From Candidatus Hydrothermarchaeales archaeon (GTDB lineage Archaea > Hydrothermarchaeota > Hydrothermarchaeia > Hydrothermarchaeales > JAZGAD01): a stretch of DNA of 64,000 bases. Below are positions 16,732 through 25,352 of the stretch, one piece after another. The stretch spans positions 1 to 64,000 of the forward strand of contig JAZGAD010000014.1 of NCBI GenBank assembly GCA_036444275.1, written 5' to 3'. The notes beneath the pieces were generated by a model. That model was not told where the DNA came from. It saw nothing but the letters and a program-made list of their open reading frames with translations, and did not search any database. The position numbers were made by a program, and so were the translations under genes. Within the stretch, counting starts at the first letter, position 1; every line of letters starts with the position of its first letter.

Positions 16732-19700
16732 CTATGGTAGCTTGGCGTCTATTTGGGATAGTCTCTCCTCGTTCTTCTTCGTGAGTTCCTCATATGGCTT
16801 GTCAGAGATTATACCCTTATCATGTTGCATTTTAATAGTCTCCAGCAGCTTCTTTATCTGCTCTCGCTTCCTCCTCAACTCATCCTCCCGTGAGAGCCTG
16901 ACTCTCTTCTCTGGCATTGCCCTTGCCCCACGCTTCCTCTCCCTCGATAGGACTTCTTTAGTTCCTATTAATGTTTCCAGTCTATGGGACCATCGCAGTG
17001 CGAAGTAGCCTACCATCAGCGCTAGTATGAATAAGGCGGCGATGATGCCGAAGAAGACCTCTCTTGGTATCAAAGGAGGCACTATGATAGTAGGTGTAGG
17101 GGGAAGAGTTGGCGGTAGTGTAGTTGGCGGTAGTGTAGTTGGCGGTAGTGTAGTTGGTGGAGTTATCACCGTCACTTCTACCATGGCTTTATCTATAAGG
17201 GAGCGGGCATCCCTCAGGTAAGTTCTGGCGCTCTCAAGAGCGGCGAGTGCATCATAGTATCTCTTATCTCTTATAAGATCCTCGGCTCTTCTTATCTCGC
17301 TTGTAGCATCTCTCAAGATGGTTAAAGCCTTGGTTACATTCTTACCTTCCTGAAGTGCTATGAAAGTCTTGTCTTCTACTTCAACTAAGTTTTCCTTGAC
17401 TTTATCTATCTCCCATTCCAGAAGATCCTCTATAGATTCGAATACTTTCAGGGTCAGGGATTTCTCGTCTGACGCTTCAATGGACGTGGAGATAAAGGTG
17501 ATGTTGAATTCCTGGGGGGTTATATTCTTAGGCACGTCGATCTCGATGACCTGAAGCAGGGTTTTCCCTTTAGCTAGAGTGTCTGCACTGCCCTTTACAA
17601 GCTGGAACCACGTAGCTGGTATCCCAATGAGTTCTGCCGAGACGTTATGTAGGAGTACGCCACCTGTGTTCTCAACTGTTACGGTTAGGTAGCCTGTTCC
17701 ACCTTTTTCTACGCTTATCTGAGACGGATAGAAGTCCGTTATGTTCAGTTGAGCTGGTGGTGCTGCCGGTGCTCCCGGTGCTCCCCCTGGGCCTCCTGGA
17801 GGGGCAGCAGCTTTTGCCTTTACCTCGAAGGTTGCACTTGCTGTGGCTGGAGGAGCGTTTGGGTCATAGATGACGCTGACATGCAACGTATAAATTCCGG
17901 GGGCAAGATCGATAGCTTTGTCGGTAGTCTTATTAAAGACATCAGGCACGCCGGTCTCCTTAACTGCCCTAGAGAATGAACTGTTGTATTTTTCTTCTCC
18001 AATGATTGTGTAACTAATTATAACATCTTCCTCGACGAACTCTCCCATGTTGGTCATATTTATGGTGAAGGTGAGATATTCTTCTTGGGCCACTGGATCC
18101 TTAATCCATTCAATGATCACATCGTAGGGCCCGGTTTTGAGTATCCTGAAGGCCTCCATGTCCCAAGACCCAGCCGACCCCTCCTTTGCCTCCAATACCG
18201 TTAGATACGAGCCGGTGAGTACTGAGCTCGAATCGACCTTCTCGGAATAGGTGTAGAAGCCAACTTGGGTGATATTGAAATCTGATTTCGAGAGGTCCCG
18301 CCACAGGTCAGGTGAATATCCTTCAGTGCGATAGATCTTTACATTTATCGCGTCCGAGTCTATACCGTCTCCTGTGGCTGGATTTATCGTTATTACCGAG
18401 ACGGTCATTATCTTGTCGAGGTACACGACCGATGGTATCATCACCTCTGCGAAGAGATCCACAGACACCACGAAGATATCGATGTCGTTGGCTTCATCAA
18501 GACCATAAGTCGCTTTTGCTGTCACCAAATATGCCCCAGTGGAGGCATTTGTATCCAGGGTGAAGTTGGCTTTGTATATGAGTCCTACGTCTAGGGTGGC
18601 ATTGATGTTCTCTTGGATAATGCTACCATTGGGGGCTGTGACGTTTATGCTCACGTTTGCACCGGGCAATAAGATGCCGTATCCATCCTTGACCACGGCA
18701 TATATTGTCACAGTTTCTCCGGGTTGATGCACATCGCCCGCATCTACATCTAGATACAGAGGTAATCCGGTAATTTCCTTGACAACTTTGAAGGAGTTGG
18801 ATGCTGAGGCATTCACCCATTTGTCCGCTTTATCATCGTAGTAGGTGACATTGGCAACCCAGTTATAATCTCCCAGAGTTGCCTTTGAATCCAGCTGGAA
18901 GGTTGGATCTGGTCTAGCTTTTCCATCAGCGCTTGTCGTTGCAGAGAAGTTCAGTATCAGCCAGTTATATGGGTCAATGAGCTGCAGGTTCACATCAGCG
19001 TCTCCAACAGGTTGGTCATTCGCATCACCGATATAAATTTTGAAGCTCCCAGTGTCGCCCTGCTCATAGGTATCAGCGAGGGTATAGATAGTGAGCTCGA
19101 GCTTTGCATAAACCGCGAATTTGCTCTCGTTTGTTCCCCAGCCGGTGGCGTTGTCGTTGGCATAGACTGTAACAGTATAGTTGCCTCTGAGCGAGGTGTT
19201 CGTTACATTGACGGCCCAGCTTGAGGAGCCTCCTAGTATGTTGGCGGTTATATTACTGAGTTCAAGTAGTTCGGATGTGTTGTCAGGCCGCGTTATGGTT
19301 GCCGTGACGTTTGTGATAAGATTCGAAGCCCTATCAGTGACGTTGACGATTATCATGGCACTGCGTTTCTGCTCGACGTATTGCGAGAGATACACTATTT
19401 GCACCGACGGCCCCAGGACTACCGTTATATTGGCTGGTATCCACTGGTAGTCTGGGATTGCATCTGCGTCGGTGGCATTAACTGTGTAGTTTGCGGTGTA
19501 CGTATTATCCACCGCGGCATTCGAGGTGTTGTAGTTAATCTGGAACCTGTATGCAGAAGTCTTGTTTACTGTAAAGTTGGTCTTATTCGCTAGAGTGAAG
19601 TTGCCAGATGCAGGGTTAATGCTTATGTTGAAGGATATGTTAACGTTCCCGGTGTTGTTTATCTCTACCTCGCATATATTGCCAGTGGCGTTCACCAGCA

Positions 19701-22260
19701 CCGTTTTGGAGCATGATTCGAGAATCTTCATATTCCAGTTCCTGGAGGTGGGCACCGTTATGTTCAAAGTAAGGTTATCCCATCCGCCGTTGACGGAGCT
19801 CACGTTTATTGTGCCGTTGTATTCCCCAGGTGGATAGCCCTCCGGCACACTTACATTGACAGAGATATTCGTCCAATTGCCGGCGTTTACGTAGGCAGTG
19901 AAGTTCGGGTAAAAGCTGACGGTGAAGTTGTCGCATACCTCACCGGAGCCGGAGATGCAGCTTGCAGTGACATTTTCGATTCGATAGTTACCAGTGGAGT
20001 TTGCAGTGAAGTTTCCTATCAACCCCTCGCTTCCCTCTACAACGGTTCCATCCAGCTGGGTCTCGAGTACCTCCAGAATTGGTTGTCTGACTATCTCTAT
20101 TACTGAAGGCAAATCTGTAGTAGAATTCGGAGGTGCATCATAGTTCGCCCAGTTCACGGTTGCATTTATCGTGTAGTTCCCAGCCGGCGTTCCAGCTAGC
20201 ACGGTTATATTGAAGTAGCTCACCCTGAATTGGTCCTTTTCTAGGTTATTAAGTAGGAAGGGGAAGGTGACATTGGCTTTGAAGGTTGATGGGAGCGATA
20301 GGGTTATATTAGGCGAGTAGGCGGTGCCATTTCTGATGTTGGACACATTCGTCATCATCAGGAAGCTCTGGTTGTCGCGTTGCGTCACGTTGTAGACTCT
20401 AACGGTGTCATTTGTGAGATTTATCTTGAGGGTGGTGTTAGTAGCTATTATGGTCCTGAAGTAGTCCTCTCCGTAGCCGGTGTTGTTGTATTTCGAGGCA
20501 TTGCAGGCAAGGATCCAGGGGTTATATACTATGGAGGGAGCTGTGAAGTTCACCGCATAGGTGCCATCATCGTTATCGGTTATGTTTTCAACTACCTTCG
20601 GGTCGGTCCCATTAGTATAGTTGCATGTTACGTTGGCGTTCGCTATCCATGTGGTGTTTATGTAGTTCTGAACTGATACGTTAGCCTTCACTAGGCCGTC
20701 TATGAGGACCACCTTGGAGGAAGGTTGTATTATCGAGACAGAAACGCTGTATCTGTCGGTGAGATTGAAGGTGGTGGAACTCAGGTTCAAGAGGTAGCCG
20801 TATTTGTCATATACCCTTATGGTGAGATTCCAGACACCGGTTTGGTTGGCGAGGCCGAAGGTGTAGTTAGCGGTATAGTTGCCGTTCCCTTGGTAGTAAA
20901 GGGGTAAGACTATGTCATCGCTAGGATCTGCAGGGGTGCCCATGTCCAAGGTGGCGTTTGCAGAGGCATTAAGAGTGTGGCTATCATTCGTGACTATGCC
21001 AGTTATGTTAACAGTTTCATTTAGGTTGTAGACGGGGTATTCGGTCTGGGCTTCTACGATGACCTGCCATGCATCTGGTGGACCGCGGGTTGTGATGACA
21101 TCCTCGTAGAGCCTGTCTTTTAGCTCCTCGACTGAGGCGTGAGCCAATGTATCGGTTGATTTGTTGTTGAAAGAGACGACGGCGGTCGCAGAAACTGAGT
21201 CTACACTAAACCCGTTAAACCATATGTATATCCCTTTTAGTCCGAGTCCTACCTCATACTTATTCCCCGGCGTTCCACTTTCATTTAGATCTATCACTCC
21301 TAGACCCAGATTCGAAGTAGGATTGTATGCGGAGGCATAATATTCAGACGGAACACTTCGAAATTCAACCGTCCCAAAACCTCTAACTGTATCTAACGCA
21401 GGGGCGGAGTCAGAGGACGCTCTAGTCTCACTACTACCGATCTTCGTGAGGTTGTGTTCGATCTTGATCCAAGGATTATTTTCATAAAAGGTATACCTCT
21501 TCTTCATTGCGTATTCGCCAGTTGATGTTGTTGTACCCCATATTTTCTCGTCTCCAATTTGCTCAACGATTTTCCTGATTGAACCATTAACGACTAGCGT
21601 ATAATTGTTCCCGAAGTCATACCAATAATAAGTGACAGCACCATCACTATACTTGATGTACTCCAGAGTATCTTGGTCGGATGGAATGTCAAATATCAGA
21701 TTTCCGTCCCTAAAGCTCGCATAGTATATACCCGAGGTATAATTCACGCTGCGATTAGTATCCACCCTAATCTCCAAGAGGGAATTATTCACCCAGAATT
21801 CGTCGCTACTATTTGTATAGGTCAGCTGTGTGTTGTAGGTGGGAGCTTCTTTAGCTCCGTTTTCTATGGTGTCGAAATAGATGTAGTAGGAATACCTCGT
21901 GTTCTCGGGCCTCGTCCCGTTTAGAAGCCAGACAACCTCGCCTACCGCATTAGATGTGGGTGAATAACCACTTCCCTGGTCGAATTGCGAGGGAATCTCG
22001 TACATGAGTTCCCCGGTGGATAAGTTGTATTCGAGGACCCTCGTCGAGTTCTCATCAAAGGTCCCGGTTACATTGAGTGCGGTAAAGTTTATCCAGTGCT
22101 CAATAGGCCAATCCGTCCTATTGTACGAAGAAGTATTCACTGTTACGTTAACGCGGTAATGCCAAGAGTTATTCCACCATTTAACAGGTATAGCACTAGC
22201 TACCCCTACGTTTAGTACCCAGACTAATATACCTACTACTAATAGGGCTTTTCTATTCAC
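16732..22260 (-). CDS. Large membrane-anchored surface glycoprotein (1,842 aa)
   Basis: Signal peptide (MNRKALLVVGILVWVLNVGVASA), WWNNSWHYR start of the mature part, many beta-rich segments with dense N-x-S/T sequons, Pro/Thr linkers, TM helix (VFFGIIAALFILALMVGYFAL), basic cytoplasmic helical tail. Confidence 0.88.
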   Translation of the reverse strand: MNRKALLVVGILVWVLNVGVASAIPVKWWNNSWHYRVNVTVNTSSYNRTDWPIEHWINFTALNVTGTFDENSTRVLEYNLSTGELMYEIPSQFDQGSGYSPTSNAVGEVVWLLNGTRPENTRYSYYIYFDTIENGAKEAPTYNTQLTYTNSSDEFWVNNSLLEIRVDTNRSVNYTSGIYYASFRDGNLIFDIPSDQDTLEYIKYSDGAVTYYWYDFGNNYTLVVNGSIRKIVEQIGDEKIWGTTTSTGEYAMKKRYTFYENNPWIKIEHNLTKIGSSETRASSDSAPALDTVRGFGTVEFRSVPSEYYASAYNPTSNLGLGVIDLNESGTPGNKYEVGLGLKGIYIWFNGFSVDSVSATAVVSFNNKSTDTLAHASVEELKDRLYEDVITTRGPPDAWQVIVEAQTEYPVYNLNETVNITGIVTNDSHTLNASANATLDMGTPADPSDDIVLPLYYQGNGNYTANYTFGLANQTGVWNLTIRVYDKYGYLLNLSSTTFNLTDRYSVSVSIIQPSSKVVLIDGLVKANVSVQNYINTTWIANANVTCNYTNGTDPKVVENITDNDDGTYAVNFTAPSIVYNPWILACNASKYNNTGYGEDYFRTIIATNTTLKINLTNDTVRVYNVTQRDNQSFLMMTNVSNIRNGTAYSPNITLSLPSTFKANVTFPFLLNNLEKDQFRVSYFNITVLAGTPAGNYTINATVNWANYDAPPNSTTDLPSVIEIVRQPILEVLETQLDGTVVEGSEGLIGNFTANSTGNYRIENVTASCISGSGEVCDNFTVSFYPNFTAYVNAGNWTNISVNVSVPEGYPPGEYNGTINVSSVNGGWDNLTLNITVPTSRNWNMKILESCSKTVLVNATGNICEVEINNTGNVNISFNISINPASGNFTLANKTNFTVNKTSAYRFQINYNTSNAAVDNTYTANYTVNATDADAIPDYQWIPANITVVLGPSVQIVYLSQYVEQKRSAMIIVNVTDRASNLITNVTATITRPDNTSELLELSNITANILGGSSSWAVNVTNTSLRGNYTVTVYANDNATGWGTNESKFAVYAKLELTIYTLADTYEQGDTGSFKIYIGDANDQPVGDADVNLQLIDPYNWLILNFSATTSADGKARPDPTFQLDSKATLGDYNWVANVTYYDDKADKWVNASASNSFKVVKEITGLPLYLDVDAGDVHQPGETVTIYAVVKDGYGILLPGANVSINVTAPNGSIIQENINATLDVGLIYKANFTLDTNASTGAYLVTAKATYGLDEANDIDIFVVSVDLFAEVMIPSVVYLDKIMTVSVITINPATGDGIDSDAINVKIYRTEGYSPDLWRDLSKSDFNITQVGFYTYSEKVDSSSVLTGSYLTVLEAKEGSAGSWDMEAFRILKTGPYDVIIEWIKDPVAQEEYLTFTINMTNMGEFVEEDVIISYTIIGEEKYNSSFSRAVKETGVPDVFNKTTDKAIDLAPGIYTLHVSVIYDPNAPPATASATFEVKAKAAAPPGGPGGAPGAPAAPPAQLNITDFYPSQISVEKGGTGYLTVTVENTGGVLLHNVSAELIGIPATWFQLVKGSADTLAKGKTLLQVIEIDVPKNITPQEFNITFISTSIEASDEKSLTLKVFESIEDLLEWEIDKVKENLVEVEDKTFIALQEGKNVTKALTILRDATSEIRRAEDLIRDKRYYDALAALESARTYLRDARSLIDKAMVEVTVITPPTTLPPTTLPPTTLPPTLPPTPTIIVPPLIPREVFFGIIAALFILALMVGYFALRWSHRLETLIGTKEVLSRERKRGARAMPEKRVRLSREDELRRKREQIKKLLETIKMQHDKGIISDKPYEELTKKNEERLSQIDAKLP
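17107..17157. repeat. 15-nt tandem repeat (3+ copies) encoding a (T)TLPP stalk
   Basis: AGTTGGCGGTAGTGT x3 plus a partial copy; encodes PPTTLPPTTLPPTTLPP just before the TM helix. Confidence 0.9.
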
Positions 22261-22296
22261 TTTCTCTGCCCCTGGGTCATTTGTTCCTCATCGGGT

Positions 22297-22338
22297 AATC
22301 CTAATGCGTTTACATAGACAATCCTAATGCGTTTACAT
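22297..22338. repeat. Perfect 19-bp direct repeat (23-bp period) upstream of the surface-protein gene
   Basis: AATCCTAATGCGTTTACAT at 22297-22315 and 22320-22338. Confidence 0.9.
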
Positions 22339-22347
22339 GGACGGTTC

Positions 22348-22554
22348 CTAAACTCCCTTACGACCCTTACTATGAAGCCCGCATATCCTCCTTATATATA
22401 CCTTATCACCCGGGGCTATATACCTGGGCCACGCATCCGGCTTCTCCAAAGCAGGGAATACGACGCTGTCCAGAACCGGTAAAGCCCCAGTTATTTGTAT
22501 CTGTGGATCAGATGAAGAACGGATTACATCCCCCATCTCTCCCTTTGGTCTCAT
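22348..22554 (-). CDS. Possible small hypothetical protein
   Basis: 68-aa ATG ORF that fills the gap on the same strand as its neighbours; no recognisable motif. Confidence 0.3.
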   Translation of the reverse strand: MRPKGEMGDVIRSSSDPQIQITGALPVLDSVVFPALEKPDAWPRYIAPGDKVYIRRICGLHSKGRKGV

Positions 22555-22677
22555 CTTTGTTTATTATATTCAACAAGGTTAGGCTTTAATTTTGGGTTAC
22601 AGTTACGTAAACAAAAGTTACAAAAAAGTTACAATAAAGGCACCAAGAGCGCTGCTTGCTTTAGCTTGGGGGAGGAC

Positions 22678-23400
22678 TCACTCGGCCTTCCTGCGGCGCT
22701 TTTTCAATTTCTGTAGGGCTTCTACCCGTTTCTCTAACTCGACCAGTTTCAGCTCTCTACTCAGGGTCCTCTTGGAAAGCTTCTCAAAGTCGAATGTCTT
22801 TTCTTGGAGCTCTTTCTCCAGAATCTTTATCTCGGTCGTGTCCTTACCTATGCACTGGATTTCCAAGAGCCTGCCGTCGCTCTTTATGGCTGCGAGCTTC
22901 AACTCCAAGATTTTCTTGCCATACACCGTGTTTATCTCGGCTTCATAAGGGGGAAGGAATTCTGTCTTGCCCAACTCACCCAGCTTATCGAAGAACGTTC
23001 TGATCCCTTCAGATGAGAGGAACATAGCAAATGATTTGCCAATGACTTCTTCTCTTTTGTACCCCGTGATCTTTTCGGCCTTTTTGTTGAAGGATATGAT
23101 CTTCCCCTCTATATCCAGTGTGAAAACAAAGTCTCCGGTGTTTTCAAGGAGCTCGCGGCGCTTTTCTCCAAGTTCTTTTAGGATCCTTTGCTCCTTGCTC
23201 ATACCCATGAATAACTTTCCCAGAAGCAAGCCGAATAAGAAGCCCAGAGCGATATGAAAAAAGATGCGCACCGATGGATCGAAATAGCCCCCTAAAAAGT
23301 ACCCCAGCACTTGGACAAGGACTGCTAAGGGGACGACGAGGAAGAACTTGCTCATGAGAGCCATTTTCTGCAGTTTCGTAAAGGTTTCTCTCAGCCCCAT
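22678..23400 (-). CDS. Membrane PAS-domain protein with C-terminal coiled coil
   Basis: Two TM helices; PAS S-box (LLENTGDFVFTLDIEGKIISFNKKAEKITGYKREEVIGKSF...CIGKDTTE); tail RELKLVELEKRVEAL; no kinase or other output domain. Confidence 0.85.
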   Translation of the reverse strand: MGLRETFTKLQKMALMSKFFLVVPLAVLVQVLGYFLGGYFDPSVRIFFHIALGFLFGLLLGKLFMGMSKEQRILKELGEKRRELLENTGDFVFTLDIEGKIISFNKKAEKITGYKREEVIGKSFAMFLSSEGIRTFFDKLGELGKTEFLPPYEAEINTVYGKKILELKLAAIKSDGRLLEIQCIGKDTTEIKILEKELQEKTFDFEKLSKRTLSRELKLVELEKRVEALQKLKKRRRKAE

Positions 23401-23451
23401 AAATAAGACATATCTCTGTTTGTTTATATCTTTGTCTACTTTCGTTTTGCA

Positions 23452-23509
23452 GTTGTGAAGCTTTCACAACAATTTTTGAGTAAGTTAAGTCTTACTTCTC
23501 TAGAGTAAG
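23452..23509. promoter_or_regulatory. Palindromic operator-like sites upstream of the TA operon
   Basis: GTTGTGAA-GCT-TTCACAAC (23452-23470) and overlapping AGTAAG-N6-CTTACT / CTTACT-N7-AGTAAG (23479-23509). Confidence 0.5.
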
Positions 23510-23528
23510 GATTATAAAAGGTGGTCAC

Positions 23529-23786
23529 ATGGCTGAAGTGGTAAGTGTTTCAAGCAAAGGGCAGATAGTAATCCCAAAAGAGATAAGGGACGCGATGGGA
23601 ATAGTGAAGGGTGAGAAATTCGCTGTAATAAGCGATAGAGATGCAATACTTCTGAAGAGGCTCAAAGATAGCGACTTAAAGAAGAGGATGTATAAGCTAC
23701 TAGACTATTTCTCAGACAAATTCGGAGAAGCAGGCATAACAAAAAGCGACATTGAGAAAGAGATTGCAGAAGCACGGCGACGCTAA
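23529..23786 (+). CDS. AbrB/MazE/SpoVT-family antitoxin (VapB-like)
   Basis: VSVSSKGQIVIPKEIRDAMGI motif; stop overlaps the toxin start (TAATG). Confidence 0.92.
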   Translation: MAEVVSVSSKGQIVIPKEIRDAMGIVKGEKFAVISDRDAILLKRLKDSDLKKRMYKLLDYFSDKFGEAGITKSDIEKEIAEARRR

Positions 23787-24193
23787 TGCTTAGAGTTGTT
23801 TTGGATACAAACGTTTTGATATCTGCTATTGGTTGGAGGGGACATCCCAGAAAGGTGCTCGCTCTCTGTATAGACGGAAAATTAACCCTCATGCAAACAC
23901 AAGAAATGTTGAAAGAGTTCGAAAGAGTTTTGCAAAGGGCGAGATTCACTTTTATACATGCAGAGAAGAAGCAAGAATTATTGCGATATTTAATAGACAT
24001 TTCAATTAAGGTAACGCCAAAGGAAAACGTAGAAGTAATCAAGGAAGACCCCGACGATAACAAATTCTTGGATTGTGCTGTAGCCGGAAAAGCAGATTAC
24101 ATAGTTTCTGGTGATCGGCATTTGTTGAAGTTGAAGGAACACAAAGGCATTAAAATTGTAACCGCCTCTGGATTACTTAAGGTTCTAATCTGA
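23786..24193 (+). CDS. PIN-domain toxin (VapC-like)
   Basis: RVVLDTNVLISA...DPDDNKFLDCAVAGKADYIVSGDRHLL. Confidence 0.93.
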   Translation: MLRVVLDTNVLISAIGWRGHPRKVLALCIDGKLTLMQTQEMLKEFERVLQRARFTFIHAEKKQELLRYLIDISIKVTPKENVEVIKEDPDDNKFLDCAVAGKADYIVSGDRHLLKLKEHKGIKIVTASGLLKVLI

Positions 24194-24359
24194 TAGTAGT
24201 GCATTGACGGTGAGGGTGAGAAAGGTAAAATACGGCTATCTGGCAAGTATATGTAATGTATAGCCCCTGAGGCTAAGTAGGCTAATTTGCACTTCTTCTT
24301 TGTATCTAAGATAAAGATTACATTACGCCATTTGGATTATCTAACGAATAAGAAATTTC

Positions 24360-24915
24360 GAAAGATATATAAAATTCTAGTATTAACTAATATACTATCT
24401 ATTTTTAAGCTTTTTTTAAATTCATTTTTAAAAATAGAATTAATTTTTATTATATATTGTAATTAAAGACAAAATAATATTCTATATAATCTAAAACATA
24501 TTTATTCTATCCCGATACTTGCATGCAGTGTTGCACTTTTCATGGCAGTGAATATTTATGCAATAGGTCTATGACAGAATTATATAGAGGACTTACAAAG
24601 TCCTCGGAATCCAATGTTGAAGGTTAAAGATTTAACACTTCATTATTAATACCGTAGTATACCACTGAATCTCTTGACAAACTCGAAGGAAAAGGATTTG
24701 AGGCTTATTCAGTTCATAGTGCTTGAGGGTAGTGGAAAGGGCACTAGTCATTATAAAAAACTTTAACTTAGCTTCCTCTGCGGATTATGCCCGGTAGATT
24801 GACCTTTTTTCCCACTTGAGCATTGGATCATTTGCCAGCTTTTTCCACCTCGCGATATGTTTACATTGACGTAAACCCTTTCACTGGATTCTCTTAGCAT
24901 TTTCCACTGGAAACA
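24360..24915. other. AT-rich non-coding region with palindromes and ORB-like motifs (regulatory region or candidate replication origin)
   Basis: Very AT-rich 24360-24510; GAGGACTT-ACA-AAGTCCTC (24587-24605); GTTTAC-N6-GTAAAC (24859-24876); TTTCCACTGGAAA (24901-24913). Confidence 0.4.
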
Positions 24916-25068
24916 TACCTTTTGGCCCCTATAAGTGCTTTCTCAGCTCGTTTTTGATCCCAGAAAACCATGTGCATATCTGCTCTAACGCGGTACGCTA
25001 GCGTAACTCTAAAAATATATACTTCCGGGACCAGAAGTATATCGAGATATTTGGAGCAGTTCGGTAAG

Positions 25069-25076
25069 TTATAAAT
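25069..25076 (+). promoter_or_regulatory. TATA box for the wHTH/giant-protein operon
   Basis: TTATAAAT about 25 nt upstream of ATG 25102, a spacing consistent with a leaderless archaeal transcript. Confidence 0.5.
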
Positions 25077-25101
25077 ATGCACCATGTGGGGGGCAAGAAG
25101 C

Positions 25102-25323
25102 ATGCAATTATCCCGAGTCGATAAACGCATCATAAGCGTTCTAGTAGAAAAGAAGCCCAAGTCCCGTTCTACCTATCAAATCGCCAAGAAGGCCGGGATT
25201 TCTTGGTCTACTGCTATAGCGCACTGCTACAAGCTCAAGGCAGATGGAATAATCGATGGAGAGACAGAGAAACCGAAATTTGGAAGCAGAGACACAATAG
25301 TTTGGAGGAAGAAGAAGGAATAG
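25102..25323 (+). CDS. Small winged helix-turn-helix DNA-binding protein
   Basis: DKRIISVL...STYQIAKKAGISWSTAIAHCYKLKADGII followed by a wing; first gene of the operon. Confidence 0.8.
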   Translation: MQLSRVDKRIISVLVEKKPKSRSTYQIAKKAGISWSTAIAHCYKLKADGIIDGETEKPKFGSRDTIVWRKKKE

Positions 25324-25352
25324 GAGACATTTTTGGAATCTAACGTGGGAAC

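Noticed and set aside
22297-22338. Direct repeat as a CRISPR array
   Set aside because: Only two 19-bp copies separated by 4 bp; no spacers and no cas genes.
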